In this document: positions 8,716 through 17,143 of the stretch, in pieces
How the letters are laid out: every line of letters starts with the position of its first letter
How positions within the stretch are numbered: the first letter of the stretch is position 1
IMG/VR virus record: IMGVR_UViG_3300012346_000177
Coordinates: 1 to 31,976 of that record
Length of the DNA: 31,976 nucleotides
Direction: 5' to 3' (one strand)
DNA from: a virus
Notes under the pieces: generated by a model
Databases searched by the model: none
What the model was told of the DNA's origin: nothing
What the model saw: only the letters and a program-made list of their open reading frames with translations
Position numbers and translations under genes: made by a program

Positions 8716-9309
8716 ATGAATACAGATTTACCAATTTTTATGTTGGATATTACAGAAGACATAAACGACGACGCGCAGGTTGATTTTATTGCATTGGTTG
8801 ACCGTCCGGCAATCCAAAAGAATTGGAATGCGTTTAATAAAACCCAAAAATTTGAAATTGCAAATGAAGACCGTCGCATTATTAGTGGTGCTATTATGTT
8901 GGCTGACACTCCTATTTTTCGCAGCGATAGTACATACGGCGATTATTATGTTGCTTTTAGTGCGGACACTATTCTTAAAATTGTACAGAAGTTTTTTAAG
9001 AAGGGTTTTCAAAGTAATGTCAATTTAATGCACGATTCAAACCAACAATTTGAAGGCGTTACATTATTTGAAAGCTTTATTTCAGACCCTTCGCGCGGTA
9101 TTATGCCAATGAAAGGATTTGAAGACGCGCCGGTTGGAAGTTGGTTCGGGTCAATGATTGTTGACAATGAAGAAGCTTGGACAAAGGTTAAAAACGGTGA
9201 CATTGCCGGCTTTAGCGTTGAAGGTTTATTTAACTACAAACCACGTGAAGTAAATAAAGTTGCTTCAATGGTTGAGGAAATACAAAAAATATTGTCACAG
9301 GTTAAGTGA
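8716..9309 (+). CDS. prohead protease, XkdF-like (S78_2-type)
   Basis: FIALVDRPAI, GAIMLADTPIFR and GSWFGSMIVDNEEAWTKVKNGDIAGFSVEG fit the XkdF-like family pattern. It lies just upstream of the scaffold and capsid genes. Confidence 0.6.
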   Translation: MNTDLPIFMLDITEDINDDAQVDFIALVDRPAIQKNWNAFNKTQKFEIANEDRRIISGAIMLADTPIFRSDSTYGDYYVAFSADTILKIVQKFFKKGFQSNVNLMHDSNQQFEGVTLFESFISDPSRGIMPMKGFEDAPVGSWFGSMIVDNEEAWTKVKNGDIAGFSVEGLFNYKPREVNKVASMVEEIQKILSQVK

Positions 9310-9346
9310 TAAACATTTTATTTTTTAACTATATAATAAAAAAAGT

Positions 9347-9961
9347 ATGAACGCACAGGAAGCGATTTTAAAAATTAAGGCATTGTTTGAAGACAATGTT
9401 GCGCCTGTTGAAGTTGAAGCTGAAGTTGCACCAATGGTTGAAGAAACAAAGGTGGAAATGGCAGAATATTCTTTAATGGACGGAACTAAAGTTGAAATTT
9501 CAGCTTTAGAAATTGGCGGTTCAGTAAAGTTGGCTGACGGTACAAATGCACCGGCGGGCGACCACGAATTAATGGACGGCACGGAAATTACTTTGGACGA
9601 AAACGGTATTATTATCGGAATTGAAACTAAAGTTGAAGAAGTTACACCGGTGGTTGACACTGAAGTTGAAGCTTCTAAAGAAGAAGACAAAAAGTTGGCT
9701 GAAATGGCAGAACAATTTGAAGCAAAATTTGCTGAATTGGTTGAAGCTAAAGAAGCGGCTGAATTAAAAGTTTTGGAATTAGAAAATAAAGTTAAGCAAG
9801 GATTTGCACAGGTAGCCGAACTAATTGAGGCGCTTTCAAATACACCAAGCGAAGACCCAATTCAAAAGCCAAACGGATTTTCCGAATTTGTATCTAACAA
9901 AGATATTAAGGAAGAAAGATTGAGCAAATATAGAAACGCAATTTTAAACACTAAAAATTAA
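9347..9961 (+). CDS. scaffolding protein
   Basis: 204 aa, highly acidic and helical (E/V/A/K rich), between the protease and the major capsid gene. Confidence 0.6.
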   Translation: MNAQEAILKIKALFEDNVAPVEVEAEVAPMVEETKVEMAEYSLMDGTKVEISALEIGGSVKLADGTNAPAGDHELMDGTEITLDENGIIIGIETKVEEVTPVVDTEVEASKEEDKKLAEMAEQFEAKFAELVEAKEAAELKVLELENKVKQGFAQVAELIEALSNTPSEDPIQKPNGFSEFVSNKDIKEERLSKYRNAILNTKN

Positions 9962-9966
9962 TAACA

Positions 9967-10920
9967 ATGGGATTTAATGTATCAGCATTGGCAAACTATA
10001 CTGAAGAAAACGCAGCCTTATTGGTTACTTCTTCTGTATTAGGAGCAAAAACCGCTTCTTTAATTAAAAGCGCGGGTAACGTTATGGTAGGCGTAAAGTC
10101 TTCTGAAACGATTAATATTATGGACACAGACGCAATCTTCCAAAGCGGGGGTTCTTGCGGATTTACTGCGTCAGGTTCAACTACTTTCACTCAAAGAACT
10201 GTGACTGTTGGTAAAATTAAAGTAAACGAAGCTTTATGTCCTAAAGACCTTGAAGCAAAGTATTTACAAAAGGCATTACCTACGGGTTCAATGTACGATT
10301 CTATTCCTTTTGAGCAAGAATTTGCAGACAAAAAGGCAAAAACAATCGCTGCACAATTAGAAACTTCTATTTGGCAAGGTGACACAGATTCAGTAAACGT
10401 TAACTTAAACAAGTTTGACGGTTTAGTGAAATTAATCGGTGCGGCTTCAGGTGTTGTTGCTGCTAACGCTTCAACTTACATTAGCGGTGCGCCTTTAAGT
10501 TCAATTACTGCTGCTAACGTAATTTCAATCTTTGACGGCGTTTATCAGGCTATCCCTGCTAAAGTTGTTGCTGCTGAAGATATGACAATTTTCTGTGGAC
10601 AGGACACTTTCAGAACTTACACAATCGCGTTAAAGAACGCAAACAGTTTCCATTATTCAGTTGACGCGAAGGCAGACGGTGAGTTTGTTTTACCGGGTAC
10701 AATGATTAAAGTAATTGCAGTTGCAGGTTTGAACGGAACTAACAAAGTTTACGCTGCACGTTTAAGCAACTTATTTTTGGGTACAGACTTATTGAACGAA
10801 GAAGAAAAGTTTGAAATTTTCTACGCTAAAGAAGCTGACCAAGTACGTTTTGTTTCTGAATTCAAAATGGGTGTGAATATCGCATTCCCTGACGAAGTAG
10901 TGAAATTCGTATTGGCTTAA
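9967..10920 (+). CDS. major capsid protein
   Basis: 317 aa, follows the protease and scaffold, and is followed by a strong terminator. Confidence 0.8.
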   Translation: MGFNVSALANYTEENAALLVTSSVLGAKTASLIKSAGNVMVGVKSSETINIMDTDAIFQSGGSCGFTASGSTTFTQRTVTVGKIKVNEALCPKDLEAKYLQKALPTGSMYDSIPFEQEFADKKAKTIAAQLETSIWQGDTDSVNVNLNKFDGLVKLIGAASGVVAANASTYISGAPLSSITAANVISIFDGVYQAIPAKVVAAEDMTIFCGQDTFRTYTIALKNANSFHYSVDAKADGEFVLPGTMIKVIAVAGLNGTNKVYAARLSNLFLGTDLLNEEEKFEIFYAKEADQVRFVSEFKMGVNIAFPDEVVKFVLA

Positions 10921-10926
10921 TTATTC

Positions 10927-10952
10927 GGGGGGTGAAATATCCCCCCTTTTTT
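10927..10952 (+). terminator. rho-independent terminator after the capsid gene
   Basis: gggggg 10927..10932, loop tgaaatat, cccccc 10941..10946, T6 10947..10952. Confidence 0.85.
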
Positions 10953-10975
10953 AAAAATTATTTAAATTATTAACA

Positions 10976-11494
10976 ATGAGTTGTGCTTTAACACAAGGAT
11001 ATACTTTAGATTGCCGTGACAGTTTAGGCGGAATCGTTGAAGTTTATTTTACTGAAGCCGCAAACGTAAGTTCTACAACTGAAGCAAGTGGTGTAATTAC
11101 CGCTTTGACTAAAGCGACAGGCAAACGTTTTTGGAAATACGAATTAGTAAAAGATACTTCAATGTTCAACCAAACATTAAACGCTTCTGTTGCAAACGGA
11201 ACTGTTTTCTACGGTCAAGAACTTCAGATTGTCCTTAACAAAATGCAGACTAACACACGCAACGAATTGTTGTTGTTAGCGCAAAATTCTTTAGTTGCAG
11301 TTGTAAAAGATAGCAACGGAATCTATTGGTATTTAGGAAAAACACGCGGTATTGATTTGACTGCAAATGCAGCTTCAACAGGTACTGCGCAAGGTGACAG
11401 AAGCGGATTCACTTTAACTTTCACAGGTTCAGAACCTGCGTTAGCACCAAGCGTTTCTTCAGTTGTTGCAGACGCCTTAACAACCGCAGGATAG
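10976..11494 (+). CDS. abundant structural protein, possibly major tail (tube) protein
   Basis: 172 aa, beta-rich, bracketed by two strong terminators like a highly expressed virion component. Assignment to the tail tube is by position and size only. Confidence 0.45.
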   Translation: MSCALTQGYTLDCRDSLGGIVEVYFTEAANVSSTTEASGVITALTKATGKRFWKYELVKDTSMFNQTLNASVANGTVFYGQELQIVLNKMQTNTRNELLLLAQNSLVAVVKDSNGIYWYLGKTRGIDLTANAASTGTAQGDRSGFTLTFTGSEPALAPSVSSVVADALTTAG

Positions 11495-11522
11495 GTTTGT
11501 TTTTCAATAGGTTTATAGGTTT

Positions 11523-11555
11523 GCCGCCGTTCGTTAATTCGTTCGGCGGTTTTTT
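11523..11555 (+). terminator. rho-independent terminator
   Basis: gccgccg.../...cggcgg stem (11523..11549) followed by a T run at 11550..11555. Confidence 0.75.
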
Positions 11556-11602
11556 ATGTCACCATTTTTATATAAATACGTGACAAAAGTAAAGCTATAA
11601 TT

Positions 11603-11662
11603 ATACCTTTTCGCGTATAAATAAAGCTAATACTTTACTTTTATATCTTTTCGGGTATAAAT
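11603..11662 (+). promoter_or_regulatory. 20-nt direct repeat pair ATAYCTTTTCGSGTATAAAT, spaced exactly 40 nt
   Basis: ataccttttcgcgtataaat 11603..11622 and atatcttttcgggtataaat 11643..11662. A further tataaat lies at 11571. Confidence 0.5.
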
Positions 11663-11674
11663 TTTTTAAATAAA

Positions 11675-11752
11675 ATATGCATCAAATTGCACAAAATGCG
11701 GCGTATTTTAAACAGATTCGCCTTATTTGTCTATAATATGCAACAAATTGCA
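11675..11752 (+). promoter_or_regulatory. two copies of the 17-mer ATATGCAWCAAATTGCA (each with a TGCAW-N4-TTGCA inverted repeat), 61 nt apart
   Basis: 11675..11691 atatgcatcaaattgca and 11736..11752 atatgcaacaaattgca, one mismatch between them. Confidence 0.5.
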
Positions 11753-11773
11753 TTTCCTGCTATATATACGTAT

Positions 11774-12148
11774 ATGATTAGGTTAACGAAGGGCGCAACC
11801 CAAAGCATAATTTTAACACTAACTGAAAAACAGTTATTGACAAACCCAAATTACTTATTTGTTTTCACGAATAGAAGCGCGAATACAGAAGTAAAGTTTG
11901 TTAAGTTAAACGCTACGGATATAAGCCAATACAAAGACCGTTACAATGAATTTAGCATTGTGACGAACACGTACTTTGGAACTGCGTTAAACGGTCAATA
12001 TGATTATGAAATTTACGAGCAAACAAGTACAACCAACACAAACCCGACCGGCTTAAATATGGTTGAATCGGGGATAATGGAATTGGTTGGAACGCCTTTT
12101 GAATTTACGGAATATCAAACAACAGACACTTACACAATCAGACAATAA
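11774..12148 (+). CDS. hypothetical structural-module protein (124 aa)
   Basis: ATG at 11774 (MIRLTKGATQ...). The track ORF start 11687 is a TTG lying inside the repeat/operator region. Confidence 0.55.
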   Translation: MIRLTKGATQSIILTLTEKQLLTNPNYLFVFTNRSANTEVKFVKLNATDISQYKDRYNEFSIVTNTYFGTALNGQYDYEIYEQTSTTNTNPTGLNMVESGIMELVGTPFEFTEYQTTDTYTIRQ

Positions 12149-13944
12149 TGGATTTACGAGTACTAACATTTGCAGAAGCACGTCAGCCTGAATTTAAAGA
12201 AAAGAAGGGTGAAGGATATATTCAGTACGGCGACCGCAACGATTACCCTAATTATTTGGTTGACTTATTCAATAAGTCGGCTAAACATAACGCCATTGTT
12301 AAAAGCAAGGTGCATTATATAACCGCAAACGGTTGGAAGGGAAGTCCTGAAGCTGAAAGCTTTATTCAGAAGGTTAACCGAATGGAATCTTTGGACGAAA
12401 TTACAAGGAAGGTGAGTTTGGACGCTGAATTGTTTGGTGGGTATTATTTGGAAATTATTTGGTCAGTTACAAAACAATTGGCTGAAATATGGCATTTGGA
12501 TTATACGAAAATTCGTACAAATAAAGACAATACGCAGTTTTGGTACAAAGAAAATTGGGGTGACAGAAACGAAAAACAAACTGTTTATACTGCATTTAAC
12601 CCTGCAAACCCTGTTGGTAAGCAAATTCTATATGTTAAGGAATACCGCCCTAATATGGGTATTTATAGCCTGCCCGGCTACTTTGGTGCGCTAAATTATA
12701 TTGAATCAGATATTGAAATTAGCAAGCACGTTTTGGGAAATGCGCAAACAGGGTTTTCAGCGTCTAAATTAATTACATTACCTAACGGCGAACCTTCAGA
12801 CGAAGAAAAGCGCAATATTGAAAAGCGTTTTTCAAATAGATTTAGCGGTTCAGACGGTAAAAAGTTTATTTTGGCTTTCGTTAACGATAGCGCACGTAAA
12901 CCAATTATTGACGATTTAGGCGCTTCAGATATTACAAAAGAAGACTTTAATCGTGTTGATTCATTGATTCAAACAAATATATTTAGCGGTCACCAAATTA
13001 CAACGCCGTCAATTTTCGGGATTGCTGAAGCCGGTAAATTAGGTTCACGTTCTGAAATGCGCGACGGTTACGAAATATTTAAAAATACTTACGTAAATAG
13101 TAAGCAAATGCACCTTGAAGGGGTGTTTAATATGTTGGCTAAATTTAGAGGCGTACAAAACCCTGAATTGACTATTATACCAACAGAACCAATTGGTTTT
13201 GAATTCACAGAAAACTTATTGAAGGAAATTGCGCCTAAAGAATGGTTACTTGAAAAGGCGGGAATTGATATGTCTAAATACGAACCGGTTGAAGATACAG
13301 TTCCGGTTGTACAGGCTGCGCAGTTTAAGGACGATTTCAGCGCCTTTTATGAGTTTGGCGAAGCAAAGGACGGCTTTAATGTTTGGAAGCAAAAAACACG
13401 CTTTAACGACGATTCAGAATACCAAATGTTTGCAGACGTAAGTCAATTACAGGCAAACGTATTGGATTTAATGGCAAAGGACAAAAGAATAACGCCTGAA
13501 GTATTGGCGACAACACTTGACCAAAACGTTGACACAATCAATTTAGTGATTAAAACATTGGTTGAAAACGGTTATGTTCAGGTTAATGAATACGCAATTG
13601 GCGAAGGTATTGACGAAAACATAATTGTTGAACATACGCTTACGCAGCCATTGAATGAAATATTGGTTAAGGTTCAGCCGACAACAAAAGAATTATTAAT
13701 TCGTTATTCTTACGAATGGAAGCAAGGCTTCAATAATACGGACAAAAAGACAAGCCGCCCTTTTTGTGTTGCTTTATTAGATGCAAATAAAATGTATTCA
13801 CGTTCTGAAATTGAACAAATAAGCGCACGACTTGGATATTCTGTTTGGGATAGGGCAGGCGGTTGGTACACCGTACCGGGAACTGACAAACACGAACCAA
13901 GTTGCCGACACCAATGGGTTTCAAACATAGTAACACGAAAATAA
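12148..13944 (+). CDS. portal protein with a C-terminal MuF-like (head morphogenesis) segment
   Basis: 598 aa. The N-terminal 400 aa have portal-like motifs (YPNYLVDLFNKSAKHNAIV, GFSASKLITLPNG, FSNRFSGSDGKKFILAF). The C-terminus TSRPFCVALLD...EPSCRHQW resembles the MuF Cys/CR(C/H) signature. Confidence 0.7.
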   Translation: MDLRVLTFAEARQPEFKEKKGEGYIQYGDRNDYPNYLVDLFNKSAKHNAIVKSKVHYITANGWKGSPEAESFIQKVNRMESLDEITRKVSLDAELFGGYYLEIIWSVTKQLAEIWHLDYTKIRTNKDNTQFWYKENWGDRNEKQTVYTAFNPANPVGKQILYVKEYRPNMGIYSLPGYFGALNYIESDIEISKHVLGNAQTGFSASKLITLPNGEPSDEEKRNIEKRFSNRFSGSDGKKFILAFVNDSARKPIIDDLGASDITKEDFNRVDSLIQTNIFSGHQITTPSIFGIAEAGKLGSRSEMRDGYEIFKNTYVNSKQMHLEGVFNMLAKFRGVQNPELTIIPTEPIGFEFTENLLKEIAPKEWLLEKAGIDMSKYEPVEDTVPVVQAAQFKDDFSAFYEFGEAKDGFNVWKQKTRFNDDSEYQMFADVSQLQANVLDLMAKDKRITPEVLATTLDQNVDTINLVIKTLVENGYVQVNEYAIGEGIDENIIVEHTLTQPLNEILVKVQPTTKELLIRYSYEWKQGFNNTDKKTSRPFCVALLDANKMYSRSEIEQISARLGYSVWDRAGGWYTVPGTDKHEPSCRHQWVSNIVTRK

Positions 13945-13945
13945 A

Positions 13946-14542
13946 ATGAGCAAAAACACGTTATTTATATCAGTACAGTCAATAAAAGACAGAACCGGCT
14001 TACACGCGAACGTGGACGAAAAATTGGTTTTGCCTGAAATTAAAACCGCGCAGGATATGTATATTTTGCCGGCTTTAGGTTCAGCGCTTTACAACGAATT
14101 ACAGGACGCAGTTGAAGCAAATTCATTTACTGCATTACAGACGACATTATTGGACGATTACATTGTGGATTGTTTGATTTATTATGTTATGTCTGAATTA
14201 CCGCAAGGTTTATCATATCAGTTTTACAATAAAGGATTAATAAGAAAAACAGGTGAGAATCAGGAATCCCCTTCAATGCAGGATATGATTGACGTAGCGA
14301 ATAGATACCGCGCGCGCGCTGAATTCTACAAACAAAGACTTATTAAATACTTAAAACAAAACAACGCTTCATATCCAAATTACTTAAACTTTGGTTCAGG
14401 CATTGATTCAATCAAACCTGACAACGAAGGTTACACGGTTTCAATGTGGTTAGGCGACAATGGTTGTTGCGGTGACGGTTGGGACGGGAAAAGTAAAAAG
14501 TCTTTTGAAGAAAGGTATCAGGGTAATATAGGTTGTTGCTAA
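13946..14542 (+). CDS. putative head-tail adaptor/connector protein with a Cys-rich tail
   Basis: 198 aa immediately after the portal. The connector-like N-terminus is LVLPEIKTAQDMYILPALGSALYNEL and the protein ends in GCCGDGWDG...NIGCC. Confidence 0.45.
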   Translation: MSKNTLFISVQSIKDRTGLHANVDEKLVLPEIKTAQDMYILPALGSALYNELQDAVEANSFTALQTTLLDDYIVDCLIYYVMSELPQGLSYQFYNKGLIRKTGENQESPSMQDMIDVANRYRARAEFYKQRLIKYLKQNNASYPNYLNFGSGIDSIKPDNEGYTVSMWLGDNGCCGDGWDGKSKKSFEERYQGNIGCC

Positions 14543-14612
14543 AATATGAGTAAACAAGTAAACATTAAAAACCAAAATAAGCTTAAAGTTTATTTGGCAA
14601 AAGAAAAAAAGA

Positions 14613-15062
14613 ATGACATTAAACCAAATAGTCAAAGAACTGACAACGATAGGAAACGCACACGAACAAATTAATTTTGTTTATTTTGGTGACGTTTGGG
14701 AACGTTTAAGTAATGGTGAGGTAACTTATCCTGCAATGTTTTTCACTTTAACCGGTGCGAATGTTGCTGCAAAGGAAATTAGTTATTCGTTCAGTCTTTA
14801 TTTTATGGACAGAATGTTAATGGAAGAAACAAACGAAACTGAAGTATTATCAGATATGACACAGGTTGCCGGTGACGTTGTTGCGCAATTAAGGTTTCCA
14901 ATGGATTATCAAAAGGTTACTTGGACATTGAACCAAAATTTGCCTGTGACATTCTATACAGAAAGCGACCCGGATTTGTTAGCGGGCGTTAAATTAGATG
15001 CGATTTTAACAGTACCATTTATTAACAACAGGTGCGAAGTACCTTCAAATTATACTTATTAA
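14613..15062 (+). CDS. hypothetical neck/tail protein
   Basis: 149-aa ATG ORF between the adaptor and the tail fibre, TAATG-coupled to the fibre gene. Confidence 0.5.
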   Translation: MTLNQIVKELTTIGNAHEQINFVYFGDVWERLSNGEVTYPAMFFTLTGANVAAKEISYSFSLYFMDRMLMEETNETEVLSDMTQVAGDVVAQLRFPMDYQKVTWTLNQNLPVTFYTESDPDLLAGVKLDAILTVPFINNRCEVPSNYTY

Positions 15063-17143
15063 TGGAATCAAAGAAAATAAACCAATTAGCGACAGAACTT
15101 ACGCCGGCGTTGTCAGATTTGACAATTATAGGCGACCCGACAACAGGAATAAGTAAAAAAATTACGCTTTCACAAATGGCGTCTTTATTTACGGGTACTG
15201 TTGAGGAATACGCAAACCTTGCTTCGTTTCCTTTGGTTGGTGTTGCTGACACTATTTACATTGCTTTAGATACAAACGTTTTATATCGTTGGGACACGGG
15301 GTTAACTTCTTACGTTGAATTGTCGCCTAACATTATTAATTCATTGGTATTTAGTGACGCAAACGGATTTGACGGTACAATTAGTTTAGTTGGTTCAGTT
15401 GCAACGCTTACAATTACAACCGCTTTAACAACAGGTTCAGTTGGTTTTATTGGCGCTTCAGGCGCTTTATTACAGGATAATGCAAACTTCTTTTGGGACG
15501 ATACCAACAACAGATTGGGTATTGGTACAAACGCGCCAACAACTGCAATTGATACTTTTGGGTCAGGTATTATTACACGCGTAAACGGTACTTCAACAAA
15601 CAATGCATTTATTGGTTTTGCAAGCGCAGGAACTAATAAATGGTCAGTTGGTAATGTTCAGTCAGACCATAGATTTAGGATTTATAGTGAAGCAAATACA
15701 AGCGAATTAGTTTCAGTTTTACAAACAGGCGAATTTGGTATTGGTATTGCAAACCCAACAACAAAGCTACATATTGACGGCGGCGCAAATGCTTTGATTG
15801 CAAATTTAGACGCAAACGTTTCTGTTGCAAAAAGTATTTCGTTCCGTTCAGACAATAGCAATAGAATAAATTTAGAAGTTTCAGGCACAGAATCAGGTTC
15901 AAATGCAGGTGCTAACTTTTTTATTAGACGTTATTCAGACGCAGGTGCATTAATTGATACACCTTTAACAATTACGCGTTCAACAGGTGCAATTACTTTG
16001 GCGGGCGATTTAAGTGGTACAACTGCGACGTTTAGCGGAGCATTTACATTATCTTCATTAACAACAGGATATATTACAAAAGTTGGTACAAGCGGTTTAA
16101 TTACATTTAGTAAATTATATGAAAATTCATTTGGTGGTATTCAAATAAATAATACTGACACAAATGGAGCGCAATATTATACAACAAGATTAGGACCAAG
16201 AGGAAACAATGATGGGGTATCTTCTACTTGGTATATTCCATCAAATGCCGCACCAACTATTGGGTGGGGTACTTCTGCAACTTCAACTGCATTTAATATT
16301 TCAACTTTAGCCGACGACGTTACAAGATTATATATATCAAGTGGTGGTAACGTAGGGATAGGCGTTACACCAAGCAATTGGAATACATTGACACCTTTAC
16401 AAATACGAAACGTTTCTATTGCGGGTTATACTTCAGGTACAACACACGTTTTTTACGCTTCTTCTAATTTTTATTATGGTGAATCAGGCGGCGGCGATAA
16501 ATATATAACAAACGGCGCAGCTTCTTTATATAGTCAAAGTTTAGGTTCTCATAATTGGTATACTGCACCTGTTAATAGTTCAGGAGCTGGCGCAGCATTA
16601 AATTTTGTTCAAATTATGGGGTTGTCAGGTGGTGGTTTAACAGTTAGAGGATTAGATACAGATTTTTTAGTATTAACTAATACGACAGATACAAATAAAC
16701 AATTATTAATTGGATTTAATACAAGTTCAAACTATGCAAGAATACAAGCTATTTGGCAAGGCAATAGTTATAGGACGTTATATTTAAATAACGAAGGCGG
16801 CGCAGTTTATGCAGGTGGTGTAAGATTAGATACACTTTCGGATTTAAGAATGAAAGATAGTATACAACCAATTGAAAGCGCTTTAAATAAAGTTTTATCA
16901 ATTACAGGTAAAAAGTTTCATTTAAAAGATGAAGAAGAAGGTAAATTAAGATATGGTTTTATTGCGCAAGAATTAGAAGGTATTTTAGATGAATTTGTAA
17001 TTCAAACTGCATTGACTTATAAAGATGAAATTACAGGAAATGAAGTTAAAAATTTAAAGTCAATTGAAAATTGGGCGTCTTCTTGGGCAGCATTATTAGT
17101 TGAAGCGATAAAAGAATTAAATAATAAAATTGATTCAAAATAA
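15062..17143 (+). CDS. tail fibre with a C-terminal intramolecular chaperone (peptidase S74-like) domain
   Basis: ATG 15062 (MESKKINQLATEL...). Recurrent GIG(T/I/V)xxP motifs. C-terminal DLRMKDSIQPIESALNKVLSITGKKFHLKD...YGFIAQELEGILDEFV is the endosialidase-type auto-cleaving chaperone signature. Confidence 0.8.
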   Translation: MESKKINQLATELTPALSDLTIIGDPTTGISKKITLSQMASLFTGTVEEYANLASFPLVGVADTIYIALDTNVLYRWDTGLTSYVELSPNIINSLVFSDANGFDGTISLVGSVATLTITTALTTGSVGFIGASGALLQDNANFFWDDTNNRLGIGTNAPTTAIDTFGSGIITRVNGTSTNNAFIGFASAGTNKWSVGNVQSDHRFRIYSEANTSELVSVLQTGEFGIGIANPTTKLHIDGGANALIANLDANVSVAKSISFRSDNSNRINLEVSGTESGSNAGANFFIRRYSDAGALIDTPLTITRSTGAITLAGDLSGTTATFSGAFTLSSLTTGYITKVGTSGLITFSKLYENSFGGIQINNTDTNGAQYYTTRLGPRGNNDGVSSTWYIPSNAAPTIGWGTSATSTAFNISTLADDVTRLYISSGGNVGIGVTPSNWNTLTPLQIRNVSIAGYTSGTTHVFYASSNFYYGESGGGDKYITNGAASLYSQSLGSHNWYTAPVNSSGAGAALNFVQIMGLSGGGLTVRGLDTDFLVLTNTTDTNKQLLIGFNTSSNYARIQAIWQGNSYRTLYLNNEGGAVYAGGVRLDTLSDLRMKDSIQPIESALNKVLSITGKKFHLKDEEEGKLRYGFIAQELEGILDEFVIQTALTYKDEITGNEVKNLKSIENWASSWAALLVEAIKELNNKIDSK

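Noticed and set aside
11687-11773. N-terminal extensions offered by the ORF track (11687, 484, 15032, 18823, 25949, 28934, 31400, 31739)
   Set aside because: Several begin at non-ATG codons, and all are upstream in-frame starts running across terminators, repeats or promoter boxes. In each case an in-frame ATG downstream gives a start that respects the regulatory element or forms a TAATG/ATGA junction.
12434-12694. Alternative-frame + strand ORFs nested in long genes (12434..12694, 13229..13441, 8780..9028, 19506..19739, 20236..20421, 27758..27961, 30796..30984)
   Set aside because: They are embedded in genes whose main frame has clear family motifs (portal, protease, exonuclease, GT, terminase). 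Nothing supports overprinting.
14546-14677. 43-aa basic ORF (MSKQVNIKNQNKLKVYLAKEKKNDIKPNSQRTDNDRKRTRTN) in the 70-nt gap before 14613
   Set aside because: About half of it overlaps the well-formed 14613..15062 ORF in another frame. It is low-complexity and A-rich, so I cannot support it without conservation or expression data.
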